Part shown: positions 1 through 13,459 of the stretch, in pieces
How the letters are laid out: the number at the start of each line of letters is the position of its first letter
How positions within the stretch are numbered: position 1 is the stretch's first letter
DNA from: Takakia lepidozioides
Lineage: Eukaryota > Plantae > Bryophyta
Length of the DNA: 64,000 nt
NCBI GenBank assembly: GCA_030704615.1
Contig: CM060732.1
Location: forward strand, 58,094,001-58,158,000
Reading direction: 5' to 3'
Notes under the pieces: generated by a model
The model's input: only the letters and a program-made list of their open reading frames with translations
Databases searched by the model: none
What the model was told of the DNA's origin: nothing
Program-made: the position numbers and the translations under genes

Positions 1-965
1 GAGGGTCACATGGTGGCGAGGGTGACACTCTGCGGTGTTACAGAGAGTTACATGGTGGTAAGGGTTACACCTGGTGAGGGATATAGAGGGTCACAGAGGG
101 TTACATGGGTTACAGAGGGTTACATGGTGGTGAGGGTTACAGAGGGTCAGAGAGGGTTACATGGAATGAGGGTTACATAGGGATAAGGGTGACACTCTGC
201 GGTGTTACAGAGGGTTACATGGGTTACAGAGGGTTACATGGAGTGAGGGTTACATAAGGGGTGAGGGCGACATTCTGCGGTGTTACAGAGGGTTACATGG
301 GTTACAAAGCCACAAAGGGTTTGTGAGGGTTACATGGAGTGAGGGTTACATGGTGACGAGGGTGACACTCTGCGGTGTTATAGAGGGTTACATGGTGGTG
401 AGGGTTACAAAGGGTCACAGAGGGTTACATGGGTTACAGAGCCACAGAGGGTTTGTGAGGGTTACATGGAGTGAGGGTTACATGGGATGAGGGTGACACT
501 CTGCGGTGCTACAGAGGGTTAGAGAGGGTTACATGGTGGTGAGGGTTACAGAGGGTTACAGAGGGTTACATACGGGTGAGGGTGACACTCTGCGGTGTTA
601 CAGAGGGTTACATGGTGGTGAGGGTTACAAAGGGTCACAGAGGGTTACATGGGTTACAGAGGGTCACAGAGGATTACATGGGTTACAAAGGGTTACAGAG
701 GGTTACATGGAGTGAGGGTTACACTCTGCGGTGTTACATAGGGTTATATGGGTTACAGAGGATTACATAGGGTTACATGGGTTGCAAAGTGTTACAGAGG
801 GTTACATAGGGGGTGGGGGTGACACTCTGCGGTGTTATAGAGGGTTACATGGGTTACAGAGGGTTACATGGTGGTGAGGGTTACAGAGGGTCATGGGGTT
901 ATATGGGTTACAGAGGGTTACATGGTGGTGTGGGTTACACTCGGCGGAGTTACAGAGGGTTACAT
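1..965. repeat. Minisatellite array of ~10-bp GAGGGTTACA units with a recurring higher-order motif GAGGGTGACACTCTGCGGTGTTACA; runs off the left edge
   Basis: Dozens of GAGGGT(T/C)ACA units. The ACACTCTGCGGTG block (or a close variant) recurs near 25, 190, 270, 365, 497, 585, 721 and 822. Confidence 0.95.
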
Positions 966-1200
966 GGGGGTGATGGTTGAACCCGGGGCGGGGATTACAG
1001 GAAACTAGCGGACTGCTGGAAGCGGCGGACTGGTGTCGCAGAACGACAACGCAGGGGCGACGACGCCGATGGGATGAGGGCGGGGGTGGGGAGGGATTGA
1101 CCGAGCCCAGCCGGCTGCCTTTCAATGTCTGCCGGAGGCGAAGAACCGGCGGTATGGGTGTCAGGGCTGGACCGTCCTGACGCGCTTGCATTAAGTTCTT
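966..1200. mobile_element. Probable GC-rich terminus of a DNA transposon whose subterminal region is the 1-965 array
   Basis: An abrupt GC-rich block ends in ...GCTTGCATTAAGTTC and is followed by AT-rich sequence. It loosely resembles ...GTCGCATTAAACTC near the right end of the large MULE. The partner end and TSD would lie outside the window. Confidence 0.3.
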
Positions 1201-1875
1201 ACATTATTCCTATTATCTTCCCTTGTCATGCAAGGTTTGAAACCACAACTAGCAGGACTGCACTACGATACCTATCACTTTCTTCTCAGCCTTCAAACTT
1301 TTTTGATTTATTCTATATTTCGACATGGAATTGAGTATGCACCTAAGGAGAGGCCCTCCCCTAGGTCTGCGGGTCTGCCAGTGGGGCATGAGGAGACCCT
1401 TCAAGCTGCAGACCATCCGTGCAGACCCATGGGCCGTGGGGTGGGGGTCACCCTCTCCTTTTTGCGGGCCCCACCATGTGTGGGCCCGCAGAGCATTCAA
1501 GACGGTATTAATCTAAAATGAGATTTGTCTGTACACACAGCTTGAGACTATGTACTTCTAAGACACATGTGATTAGTTATCCATCGACATTCTTTTGGAA
1601 AACCATGGCTGAGGGATCATCGCGTTTGACGTCATCAGCTTCTTTCCCGAATTGTGTCCATTTTGCAGCACTCATATTTTGCTTCATGCACGGGCATACC
1701 CTGTCGTCGAGCAGTAATTTCAACAGTGAGAGCCTGCTATGTCAATTTTGGTCTCTTCTCCTTAGTTACTGGATTACCACCATGTCACACCATGTCGCAG
1801 TTGCGAGGTCGAGTGTCATGATTTAGATAAGAAGTGGACTGCTAACGTCGTGACTATGGTGTCCGTGGCGTTCAG

Positions 1876-4800
1876 GTAGTGCGTTCAGCTATCTTATATC
1901 TTACGCCGCAGAGGAGGGAATCAGAATTTTGTCACAAGGGAAATTCATAGTTCCTGACTGCTTTCCAGGAAATGAGAGAAATAAGTATTGTTTTGCATCC
2001 AAGGTACAGCTTGACTTGATCTGTTGTGTTGTACAAGCTACAATAGATTATGAAATTTGTTCTTTCTCAACTGTGGTGCGCTGACACTTTGAGTAGAGAT
2101 TCTGATTATAATTCATCTAGGCTCCAATCCAGTACCTCTCCTTCTTGACTGCATTTGTGACTGAGACTAGGTACAGAAATTATCCAGAAATATTAAACCT
2201 GTTTCGAATTGGTCTCTAAGAAATGTACAGAGTCTTCAGTACTACTGAATATGGTTGTGTCGCCGCCAGATTCCACTGGGAGTGATTCTCGCAATTCCTC
2301 CATTCAACTACCCCGTCAATCTGGCTGTGTCCAAGATTGGTCCAGCCCTCATTGCAGGAAATGCTGTTGTTCTCAAGCCTCCGACCCAGGTAATTCACAC
2401 ACTTCCATATGTGCCTATCCGTTCTTTTGGCTTAAGATTGCAAACAGGTCTGTTTTGAAGCACTAAGCCAGGTTGAAGATAAAAGAAGAGAACTAGTTGC
2501 GCATGACGGACAGTTGTGAATGATTTGTTTGTCACCGGTGCAGCTGGATGTGGAAGCTGCAGGGAAGCTAATAGAATTCGATGGCAACTGTTTCACAGTG
2601 ACTTCTGATGAGCTATTATGGCTAAATTACAGTCCTGCATGGCCAATATGCATGTAGGGGGCGGTGTCTTGCTTGCACACGGTACAGTGCTTCCATTTAG
2701 CAGGATTTCCGAAGGGGCTACTCTCAGCAGTGACCGGCAAGGGCTCTGAGATTGGCGACCTTCTCACCATGCATCCTGGTATCAATTGTATCAGGTACAT
2801 TATATTGCCACCTATCCAAGTCTCCGATCTGGAGCATCAATTTTACATAGACCAGTGGCCATGCACTGAGATATATCTAAAGCGGTGATTTTCTGTACAA
2901 GGGACACAAGCTCATGTGACTGGTGGATAGTCTTCTTTTCTCTAACAATGTCACGAAATTATATATTGGCAAATGTGAAACACCTTCACAGGGGGGGACA
3001 CAGGGATAGCAATATCCAAGAAGGCAGGCATGATTCCCCTGCAAATGGAGTTGGGAGGCAAGGATGCCTGTATTGTGCTGGATGATGCTAATCTTGAGCT
3101 TGCGGCTATCAATGTCATGAAGGGTGGATTCTCCTTCAGGTGCCCTGTTGGCTGCCCTCTTTCTTAGTTTCTTGAGCAACACTATGTGCTTGTATAGCAT
3201 GCCAAGTCTTCCTGGAGTCAAAACTCCAGACTTGTACGTCGTTACATGAGCATTTTTAATTATTTCTAACGTGCGATAAGATTTGAGCTCTGTCTCTAGA
3301 TATCGTGCTGTCCTATGGTTCTATGAATTGCACATTGACCAAATAAGGGGAATGTTCAATCTTATGGTGTGAAAATAAGCTTCTCTGTCCACATGGAAAT
3401 TGTTATGCAGTGGTCAACGGTGCACAGCTATTAAGGTGATATGTGTGATGGAGAAAGTTGCGGATGAGCTAGTGGCCAAGATTAACGCAAAGGTTGCTAA
3501 GCTCACGGTTGGTATGCCCGAGAAGGACTGCGATATCACCCCTGTCATCAGCGAAACTTCAGCTAATTTTATTAAGGGCCTTGTGGAGGATGCAAAGGCC
3601 AAGGGTGCCAAGTTCCACCAGGTATGCACTTATCAGAGTGTAAAACATGCTAGTGTAAATGTTTAGAAGAGAGAACAAAAAGTTACTGATGAATACTTAC
3701 TGTATTTTTTAAGTGGTCCAGATCTATTCGGATGTGGCAGAAAAATGGGGTGGGATGGGCCGACTCGTTTCACCGATCTGTCGATAAGATAAAATTAACC
3801 TCGCTTTACCTCCTCATGGATAGTAGTTTCGTAAAAAATCATTTCATGCTGAGGGTATCGACAAGTTGAATGACAAGTTAATTAAATCATGTCCTGCTGT
3901 GTGTCTGTGACTGTACACAGCAATGGAAGAGAGAGGGCAACCTAATCTGGCCACTTCTGATTGACAATGTGCGACCTGATATGCGCATAGCCTGGGAGGA
4001 GCCATTCGGCCCAGTGCTGCCTGTCCTCCGCATCAAGACGGTGGAGGAAGGCATCCACCACTGCAATGCTAACAACTTCGCACTCCAGGTTTGCATTTTA
4101 CTCCATTGCACTTTCAATGCACAGCTTGAAATGGTTGACTCAAGGTACGTGTAGGGTTGATCTCAGCTAGAGTCAAGTTGACATACTAGGACGACGTTAT
4201 TATGAGTAAGTGCAGATCTGGGAGCTGACATCGTGCTGGATGACCTATATCAGCTTTTCTCTGCATACTTATGCAGATAATCAAGCATCTCATCCCTTGA
4301 TAATTTATTAAAGAACTAATTGACCTGTTGCCTCATGTTCATCTCATATAGGTACTTTAGAGTGGTCCCGGTCACGGAAGTTTTAGTGCATGTAACCCAA
4401 ATTAGTGGAGAATGTAGCTTACATTCATCGGTTGGAGGTTCGCCAGAGTTAGTGACTGACCTCTTTCCATCTTCCGTTTCTCTGCAACCACTTGGCCACA
4501 AAACAAGACACATTGGAGACAAACTACCAGTTGAATTATGTAGCGGGGCCCCAAAGCTTTGAACCTCCAGATAGACACCCAACCTCAAGGAGGATGGTGT
4601 ACATGTATATTTTTCATCACTTTCTTCTTTTCATATATAGATTTGTATATAGATTTTTAGGTTTACTTTGTTGACATCCAGAACTTTATGATAGATCGTG
4701 TATTGGAGCCTAGTCATACCATGTGCTGCTTATCCCAGCAAGGATTGGACCGTATGTTTAATGCAGGGTTGTGTGTTTACGAATGACCTTGACAAGGCCA

Positions 4801-5512
4801 TCATGGTAAGTGATATGATGGAGTCTGGAACTATCCAGATTAATTCTGCATCAGCCCATGGACCTGACCACTTCCCATTCCAGGTAACTTAACAAATGGT
4901 GGTCATGTGAAACTTCACTTACCAAAACCCAAGGGAACCTTCGCAGTATTCTTATACTTCTGCAGGTTTAGATGTCTGTGGCTTGCCAGAATGACCAGGG
5001 TGTTACTAAATTAAATTTTTCAAGATGTTCTTTCAGCTGTCCTTGTGCAATAGGCTCTCTAGCAATCAGTCACTCATGCTTGCCCCCCTCGGCTCTCTAA
5101 AACCATTTAACAATCCTTGTATCTTTTATTTGTCTCATGGAAAAGTGACCCATTTTTAAGCCTCGCATACTAGTTCTACTATACTTGTGGGAGGTCTACT
5201 ACACTTGTGGAGGCTAGACCGCCTTCTGTAGGAGCCTCCTCAGTTTTTTTCTATCTAAAAGTGGCCCAACGTTTGTCTAATAGTGCATGTCTCATGTATG
5301 TCCCTCATGTAATCAGCACACACAGTCTGATCATTGGGATGCCATCTCAATACCGCTCCTACTCAGACACAGACCTGTGCTAAGTCATATAGGTACTGTG
5401 GCATGCGAGACAGTGGTATTGGATCCCAAGGCATTATCAACAGCATCAACATGATGTGCAAAATCAAAAGCACTGTAGTCAATTTTCCTGGACCAACCTA
5501 CTCATGGGCTAA
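1876..5512 (+). pseudogene. GAPN: NADP-dependent non-phosphorylating glyceraldehyde-3-phosphate dehydrogenase (ALDH11); 3' exons, apparently disabled
   Basis: Exons ~1876-2003, 2270-2389, 2658-2794, 2984-3139, 3411-3621, 3921-4088, 4767-4883 and ~5400-5512. Motifs: [58 protein letters not shown]. Lesions: 1-bp deletion at ~1891, acceptor AC instead of AG at 2982-2983, no in-phase AG before the last exon, and a 1-bp deletion at ~5503 that takes the YSMG* stop out of frame. Confidence 0.85.
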
Positions 5513-6645
5513 AACTTCTCCCAAAGTGGGGAGCAAGGCCAAGGGCATGCAATTTTCCTCACCCAAATTTTGAAGTCAGACATTCTCTTTAAGCAGTACT
5601 TTTGAGAACTGGGCACCCACAAAAGGCCTGTGTGTGCATTGGATCATCAAATGCTTGGTATGGCCTTGATAGAAGACTTGGCTCTGGTTGATGCTTGAGG
5701 CTGAGTGCTCCAGCCAATGCACTCCGCCATTCCCTTCTCAGGACAAGTTGATGACTTCCTAGCTACAAGTTGGTAAAATGAGTAGCCTTAAAATTGGGAC
5801 ATCAGTTTCAAGGTGTTGGGTGGGAGGAAAGGTGCTGGAGGTGTCAAGATAGGTGTTCTGCTAAGGGGGGTTAGTGGTGGCACTCAGATGGCACTCAGAA
5901 AGTGCGATTTGACATGGAGCTGCTAGCTGGTACTGGATCAAGCTGGGACACCTTCTATAAGTAGTCGAGTCAATCTATCTCTATGCACTGTAACGTGATG
6001 CTAGTCTCTTGAATACTGTGACTTTGTAATCTGGCATCTCAGAAGAGAATGATCTGACAAGAACCTCATTGGAACCGTCAAAATTTATATGTATCATACT
6101 ATCTGAGGCTGTCCACAGCTATGATCGGTAAATTCTGACAACTTGTCTTGAGGTTTGTGTGTAGCAGGCTCTTCTAAGGTCAGGGGAAGGAAAACTTCTT
6201 GTATCTTACAATCTGTCTTTCCACAGGCTGCGCAAAATTGAGCTCCAAAAGTCTCTCTCTTTTATGTTGATTATAAACACTGGAGGGTCACACATTGTGT
6301 CATTCGACAGGGGTATTTTCTGCAACAGATGTATAGCTCAAGAGAGGCCTCTTACCTTGTTATGGCCATGTATGCTGCAGAAGAGAAGATGCAAGCTTCC
6401 CAATCGCTACCTCCGCCAGACAGTCCACGACATGAGCATGAATGCCTGCACATGACAACTGTCATGCAACGCATCATTGTAATCTGTCGAGAACTCCTGT
6501 ACAATGAGGTTGCCTCAGATTGTACTGCTGCTGTAAGAAAAAAGGAGTGGTACCGCCCATCACAATGTCATATTCAATGCCAGAGCTGTCAGCTTCACCT
6601 TTGTGCTAAAACACACTGAACTTTTTCCCCTTGTTTTTATTTTAT

Positions 6646-7135
6646 TCACCAGTAATCCCCACCAGAACAGACCCCATATCTTCAAAGTGGTGAAAGCGGT
6701 TGGCATCTTGTACAACAACCCTTCGGCAAACAATCTTTGAGATGAACTTGGTGGCGGAGTGGCAGTCACCACACACCCAAAGGTTCTTTATGACGCAAAT
6801 AGGCATCCCAGGGTGTGCAAAAGCAACAGCCAGCCTTTCACTGTGGTGACAAAGGGAAAGCTCCTTTTGCTCATGCAGGACAAAGCGAGTGTCAGGCCCA
6901 TACCCAGATTCCCTCATCTGTCCAGACAAGCTCTTCAGCTCAGCAATGGATTTCCTCAATTTGCGGATGCAGTTTGTCCACAACGAATGTATGCACCTGC
7001 TTGATGACCTCAATGCAGCTGTGCCCTGCCTCCTTTCCACACCCCTGGCCTCCATCTTTTTTCTCACCTTCACTTTATCGGCACCTGCCAGCCGCAGCAT
7101 AGATATTCAGCAGCAGCACATAAGCAGCAAGGTCC
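6646..7135 (-). pseudogene. Truncated, frameshifted PPR E/E+/DYW domain fragment
   Basis: Reads DLAAYVLLLNIYAAAG (E motif), GYGPDT, HHSERLAVAF, KNLWVCGDCHSATKFISK and DANRFHHF, then frameshifts to GVCSGGDYW* (TGA at 6646-6648). No PPR array upstream; it abuts a LINE 3' fragment. Confidence 0.9.
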
Positions 7136-7240
7136 ATAAAGGTAGTGTCTGTTCCCTTTGTTCCGGCCAAACTGGGAGCAAGAGCTATGGCCACGAGGCT
7201 ACTGCAGACAACGTCTCATGAGTACATTCTCTCTCTCCTT
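7136..7240 (+). mobile_element. LINE family B 3'-end fragment
   Basis: AAAGGTAGTGTCTGTTCC...CTATGGCCACGAGGCTAC...AACGTCTCATGAGTACATT, shared with 11135-11490, 14800-14870, 29300-31530 and 47350-47745. Confidence 0.65.
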
Positions 7241-8402
7241 GGTTTCAGTAGAATTACGGTGTTTTCTTCTGTGTCATGAAAGTTACAAATTTGTTCTCTC
7301 TGTGACGCAGATGTTCAGACCCCTTACCATTCTTGAGGTACTCTGCCTTTTGAGAGAAAATTAGCTGGTTGAGCTAAAAGCTTGCCACTCTCTTTAATGC
7401 TTTGTGCTCTTGTCGAATCAGCTCTGAGGGGGGAACGTCATTAAGACTCTTCATTCCTTACTTTCCTTCATTCCCCATCTTCAGTGGCAACAGTGGTTCT
7501 GAATTGCTCCAGCGGCCAGCTGCATTAACGATGACCTCAAATTGCTTGCACATCGCTGGAACATGTAAAGAGATTTTCATTGGTTTTTCGCGAGAACTAT
7601 CATTCACTCTGACTCTGACAACAAATCTGGCGGGTAGTTCCTCAAATGGTATCCCGCAGAGGCAGTTGCCCCGAACTAGCCATGTAAACGATTATGGAAA
7701 ACTGAAAACATGCCGATACCTCAGAAGATACTGAGGAAGCTGATCGAGAAGGATAAGCGTGTCGATATAATTATACTCCTCTTCTTCTACAGCCCTTTGT
7801 CTGCTCATACTTGGATGTCAAAGTGGGTGTAGAATTTGCTGGTAAGGACCAAGCAAAATTCAAAAAAATCAGAGAAGGATTTCCTGTCAGTACCTATCTT
7901 CGGTTCCTTTGGAGGCGTGATAGCCACCAATTGCATGATTGTCGGGCCCAGTATTCCCGAGGTGGATGCCCATTTGAGCTCGACTGGCTGGCCAGATAAA
8001 ATGCTGCCTGATAAGGAGGATAATGCCTCTCCCTTCGTGCTCAGCAGTGCGGTGGTGCACGCTGCCATCCCTCGTCTGCCTGCGAGAGGAGGAGAAGAAC
8101 GAAAGCGTGGCCAAATAATTAGCTTCACACACTTATCCTAATCTGCGTCATAAGTGTATGAGCAGTTCTCTGTTCAGCGGATAATGTTTAGAACCGTCGG
8201 ATGCGGGACCCAGTCACGCTGGCTGCCTCGCTGGCTATGGCGGTCGTACAGTTCAGACTGCTGAGAACACTCGGACAGCGAAATTGATCGGCATAATTCA
8301 CCAATCGCTGATGTGAGAAACACCAACTGTGTGACCTCTTCTGGAGAATCAGTTGCATTCTGATGAGAGTTCACGCTTTCAGTGAAGAAAGCTTACATAC
8401 CC

Positions 8403-11400
8403 ATGGCGAATCTACGCATCTCAAGCTCTCATCTGTCTCGAATTGCAAGGAGGGCGCTGTCTGTGCCGCTGGGTCCTTCTCAGATTGAGCATCCGAAATC
8501 ATACAGCAACGCTTCAGATAGAAACCACGTTGATGGCAAGGATTACCTGCTGGGTAATTTGCCAGAAACAATGCGTGCAGCAGTTTTATGGGAGCCGAAA
8601 AAGCCTATGACCATTGAGGAGCTCCGCATGCCTCGCCCCCAATTCGGTGAAGTTTTGTTGAAAACAAGAGGTAGAGATCCCGAATCTCAATTAGTCTCAG
8701 CGGATGATTGTGCAAATATTGAACGTACTCAAAATTGCTAGATGGCGATTTTTGAGTAGTTCAAGTATTTCCTTGGGGTATCGTGCTGTCGAGATCCCGA
8801 GTTGATTCTCTCTTCTGGATTATATCAACTGGTCGAATGGTGCATCACTTGGTAAAGCAGCTTATGTCGTTGTCTGGAATAACATTTGAATCGCAGAAGA
8901 CTTTCATTTTTTTCTCCTGATTTTGCTCTAAACTCGACACGGAAGTGTCTTCATAGACTTTGTACGGTATGGAATTTTGACCGAGTATGCCCCAAGGTTG
9001 AAAGAGAGGGACGAAGACAGTGACCTGACTGTGAGTCAGCTCAACAACCTATCTGCAAGTAATGCAGTGAAATGAGGGTCTAATCGAGGGTTTTACCACG
9101 CAAAATGCAGCATGTGGAGTGTGTCATTCGGATCTGCATGTGATTAATAAGGATCAGCCTTATCCGATTCCATGCGTTTTAGGCCACGAAATCACTGGGG
9201 AGGTTCTAGAGCATGGTCCCCACACAGATCTGGCCACTATACAAAGGTCTGTACAACTGGTTTAAGATGTCACACCTTGATTGCTTGTGTTACTTCTGTC
9301 AACCATACAGTTGGAGATGTGAGTAGGCTTGAAACTACAAACCAGAGGATAGTGTACATGCTAGCACTTGCAAGAAGGTCAACCAAAGGGGTTACTGAAG
9401 GCTACATTTGTTATTATCTCCAGTTTGGAGCTAAGGTGTAATCCGATGGTGACATGAATGACGTACAGCCTAATTGCACTCTGGGAGATGGATGCAGAGT
9501 GCCTGTAGGCGCACGAGCAGTGGGGTCATTTATCATGCCTTGTGGCGGCTGCTTCTTCTGTGTGAAGGTAGAGGGCTCCTGTCTTCCCCTAATTGCCACC
9601 CAGTATCACACAGTGTTCAGGACATTTTAGATGAGGCCAATATTGCAAGGCTAATGTTGGGGACATGGAGGGCTGTGATAGTTCCATACTGAGATTCTCA
9701 CTGTGCTTGACGAGGTTCATGACCACAAGACACAGAGATTTGGTTGTAACATGTTGCAGTGTTACAGCTTTTGAGGACTCTCTCCCCTCTCCTTTCCTTC
9801 CACTTGTCAAGCAGAATTTTGTCATGTACAGCTTATGAACCATGATTTGGGCTCATTGTGTGCCAGGGTCAAGAGGACCTCTGTGAAACTTTTTTCAAAT
9901 ACAATCGGGGTATGGGCACCCTCTACGATGGCAAGACTCGGCTCTACCTGTCCAGCAGTGGTATGCATCTCCATTTGGGTCCTCAATGGATCATGCTCCT
10001 CTTAACATATCCTTGATTCATTCCTTGTCTCGATATGTTCTGACAACTGAAGGGTGGAGTTGAAGGTTCCCTTGAGCCTTGGTGAGACACATTCATTGTG
10101 GAGTATCAATGTATAGTCGGGCCTCCCACGGGAATATGGAGCCTAATCTCAAAAATTGCTGCTGCACAATAGAAGAATATACTGTAGTGAGTAAGGGCCA
10201 GAGAGAGAAGGTAAGACATTCGTTACATCTCCTGGAGGCCCAAAAGGCCCAAGGGACAAAGTAGAATAACACAGAACCCACAGGAAAGACTGAGATTGAG
10301 GGTGTCTGTCTGCAGGGGATCCCATATACATGTACAGTATGGGTGGCCTTGCAGAGTACTGTGTGGTTCCTGCCAATGCTCTTACTGTGCTTCCATCGAG
10401 TTTGCCATATTCGGAGTCAGCCATCATAGGTTGTGCCATCTTCACAGCCTATGGGGCCATGAAGAATGCTGCTGATATGCGTGCTGGCGAAACTGTGGCT
10501 GTCATTGGAACTGGTGGTGTTGGATCCAGGTGTTATATTCCCTAGCTTTTGCTGGTATTTGGACTCTATCTACTTAGTTTGCTGTTGGTATATGAATATT
10601 CCCTTATTCTTCTGTAGTGGATATTTTACCATGCATCTCTGAATAGAATATGCGTAGGCTGTTAATGAATCAAGTAACAAGTATTCTGCAAAAGAGAATC
10701 TATGTAGTGGTTGAACACAATATCCTTTAGTAGGGTACACCCTGGTTTCTTGCCCTGATGTCTAGTTAGGATCTAATTGTAGCAGATTAGGTGCCACAAA
10801 GCCTAGTATCATGTGGTTTGATTTACAAAGGAGATCTAGATATGGGTAATCAAGTAGGCTATCCACTTAAATTGGAAGAATTATTCTATTGTCTGCCTAC
10901 TTACAAAACAAGGGACAAGTAAAATGGAAGGCTTCCAATGTAGACTGGAAGTATACACCCAGTGCAGGAGAGTACAAAACATATTTTTTCTTGGTTGGGG
11001 CTGAAGGGGGTGATACTGAAGACAAACTCATGATTGCTTGTATTGATGTCATGAGAACCATGATGTCTTTGACTACCTCCATCTCTGTCTTCAGTTCTAT
11101 CACCATCACGGAATGTACTCCTAATGTCGAATGAATGTCGTAGCCTTGTGGCCATAGACCCCATGCCCAGTTTGGGCGGAACAAGAGGGAACAGACACTA
11201 CCTTTGTGAAGTGCTCTCTCCAGTAGTGGGACTTCACCTTGGTATAAACAAATTGTCGGGGCTTTCAGATTTCCTCTAGAAAGCGCTTCACACAAGCATC
11301 AATCTGCTGTGTGCGCTGCCCAGCTATTAGACCCCCAACAGGGCCAGCACTTTAGGCTCAAGATTTGAAAGTTGGTGAACAGAGGTGCAGGAGTACGTTC

Positions 11401-12349
11401 TTGATGATCCCAAAGAGGGTTGCTTCTGATGGGAATACCCCAGACATTGTATCAGAAAATGGATATTGGCTTCAGGCATCAACATAGAGAGGGAATGAAG
11501 ACTTTTGTGGTGCTCAGCTGCTTGCAGATAGCGCGTGCCTTTGGGGGACGGCAAATTATTGCTGTTGATGTCAGTGAAAGCAAACTGGAAAATGCCAAGA
11601 AGATGGGAGCAACACATACCGTTAATGGTTCCAGTGAGAATGTCGTGGACAGAATCAGAGTATGTTACTGCAGATGAAGCGGCAAACAAGATTGTTTGCT
11701 TTTCTTACCTGTCAGGGTCTTTGTCTCTTGTGTTTAAGCTATCCTTAATTTTCACTTCTTCACATTGTGACCTCCTTTTCTCTCTCAACTGTCTTAGAGC
11801 CTTCGGGCTTCAGGTTGTGACACAAGCAGCAATTATTTTTGGAATGGTGTGATCAGGAAATTACAGGGGGCAGGGGTGTGGATATAGCTGTGGAAGCCTT
11901 GGGGAAGCCTGGAACCTTCACGCAGGCAGCCTTGTCCGTTAGAGATGGTGGTCGGGCAGTCATGGTTGGTCTTGCTCCCTTTGGCGCCACCGCCGAAGTT
12001 GATATCACCCGCTTGGTCCGGCGACAGGTGTCTCTCTTCCCCTGCTCTCTCTTAATGGCAATGCCCCTATGAAATGATCAAGTAACTGCAATGACCGAAA
12101 TAGATATTTCATAAGCACCCCCAAGCATGCTAAGTTGGTAGCGTGGATATTTACCAGATACGTATTATTGGATCATATGGAGGGAGAGCAAGGCAAGACT
12201 TGCCAACAATCGTGGGGCTGGCAGAGATGGGGTGCCTTCAAATCGAGTCTGCAGTAACACAGAAAGGCAAACTGGAGGATGCTAACCAAGTTTTTGCCCA
12301 GCTTGACCAGGGAAAGATTACAGGCCGTGCTATCGTTGAATTTAGCTGA
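8403..12349 (+). CDS. Zinc-dependent medium-chain alcohol dehydrogenase-like protein (At5g63620/HER2-like) with a putative organellar presequence
   Basis: Eight exons joined by in-phase GT-AG introns: 8403-8670, 9111-9246, 9498-9567, 9867-9960, 10316-10529, 11518-11659, 11857-12027, 12158-12349. Motifs: ACGVCHSDLH, GHEITG, CGGCFFC..GQEDLC, GCAIFTAYGA, GTGGVG. The N-terminus is R/S-rich. Confidence 0.92.
11135..11490 (-). mobile_element. LINE family B 3'-end fragment in an ADH intron
   Basis: Reverse complement matches the family-B end (TGTGGCCATAGACCCC, TTCCTCTAGAAAG, GTTGGTGAACAGAGGTGCAGG). Confidence 0.7.
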
Positions 12350-13459
12350 TTTAGCGTATATTTCCCACGTACAGTTCATTTGTTAGGCTCAGTGAAGGCT
12401 ATACATTCACTCCAGTTGAGGACAGCACCTGGGACCATTCTGTTGTCTTTCCAGCTTTCAGGTTGACTATGGAGATGTGGATTGCAACCTGTACAGTCGC
12501 CACCAAAGGAAACGCATTACTTGAGCACGAGGCATTGTCGTTTTACAGTCCATGTGTTCAGGGACCTGCATACTTGGGCACCTCTTTGGGTGTTAGTAGA
12601 CTGTAGTGCTTATCTTTGGGGAAAGTAACAAACCTGTTATGAGTCAATCTTTGTGTGTGGCATGTGTAGAAGACAAGCTATTGTTGCCACCCATTTCTAA
12701 CGACTTTCATGGCTATATTAGAACCCAGATGATGCCCTGGAGGTTGCATTCACACAGTGGAGCACATCGCTCCTTAGTTTTGGGGACAACCATCTGCAGA
12801 TTGCACTCCACGTATGTATAATAAACACGTGAAGTCAGTTGTGGATGGCAATGACAAGGAAGCTTGCACATTATTACAACACAGCTCAGTAATGACCGCT
12901 TGTGGTTGCGAAGTACTACAATGTATGCAATATGCAACACACTGGTAAGTTTCATTCACAGTGGACTAGTGGTTTCTACACAGTACAATATTCAAAGGAT
13001 ACTTTGCACTTCATATTGTCAAACCTCCTCTTAGGCTTATCCCATTCACAGCTCCAACTTGTTTATTTTCATAATTACAGTTGAAGCCAGTATAGGATAT
13101 CTACATGGGGAAACTCCCCTTGCTGATAGTCTGGGGTCCTAGGTGTCTGCCAACATCCTTGCTGACTTTTATTCAGTGTTTAGTATTTTCTTCTACCTAT
13201 TTCTCAGCCCATAATGACTGGGAGGTCCAAGAAAACCTGCTGATTCCTCCTTAGGATTCTGACAAGGACGCCAGTCCAATCAATCCAGGAATACTCTTTC
13301 AGAGGCCTTACAACTATCAAAAGCAGGTCATCATGCTGGCTAGTCTAACTCCTAAAATCCTGTGAAAGAATGCCCTCTAAACCTGATTGTTACAATCAAT
13401 TACCCCGATGCTACGATGAAAAGTGCAAGAAGAATTGAGTGATGCCTTCAGCAGCTACC

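Noticed and set aside
1-965. Telomere or interstitial telomeric repeat
   Set aside because: The unit is 10 bp and irregular rather than TTTAGGG; it is only telomere-like.
506-1191. Repetitive ORFs (RVTEG/VTLCNP) over the first array
   Set aside because: By-products of translating the 10-bp minisatellite.
7400-8130. Possible divergent minus-strand gene with a transit-peptide-like start (MAACTTALLSTKGEALSSLSGS)
   Set aside because: No consistent spliced frame or recognisable domain could be built. It may be a degenerate gene, but this is unsupported.
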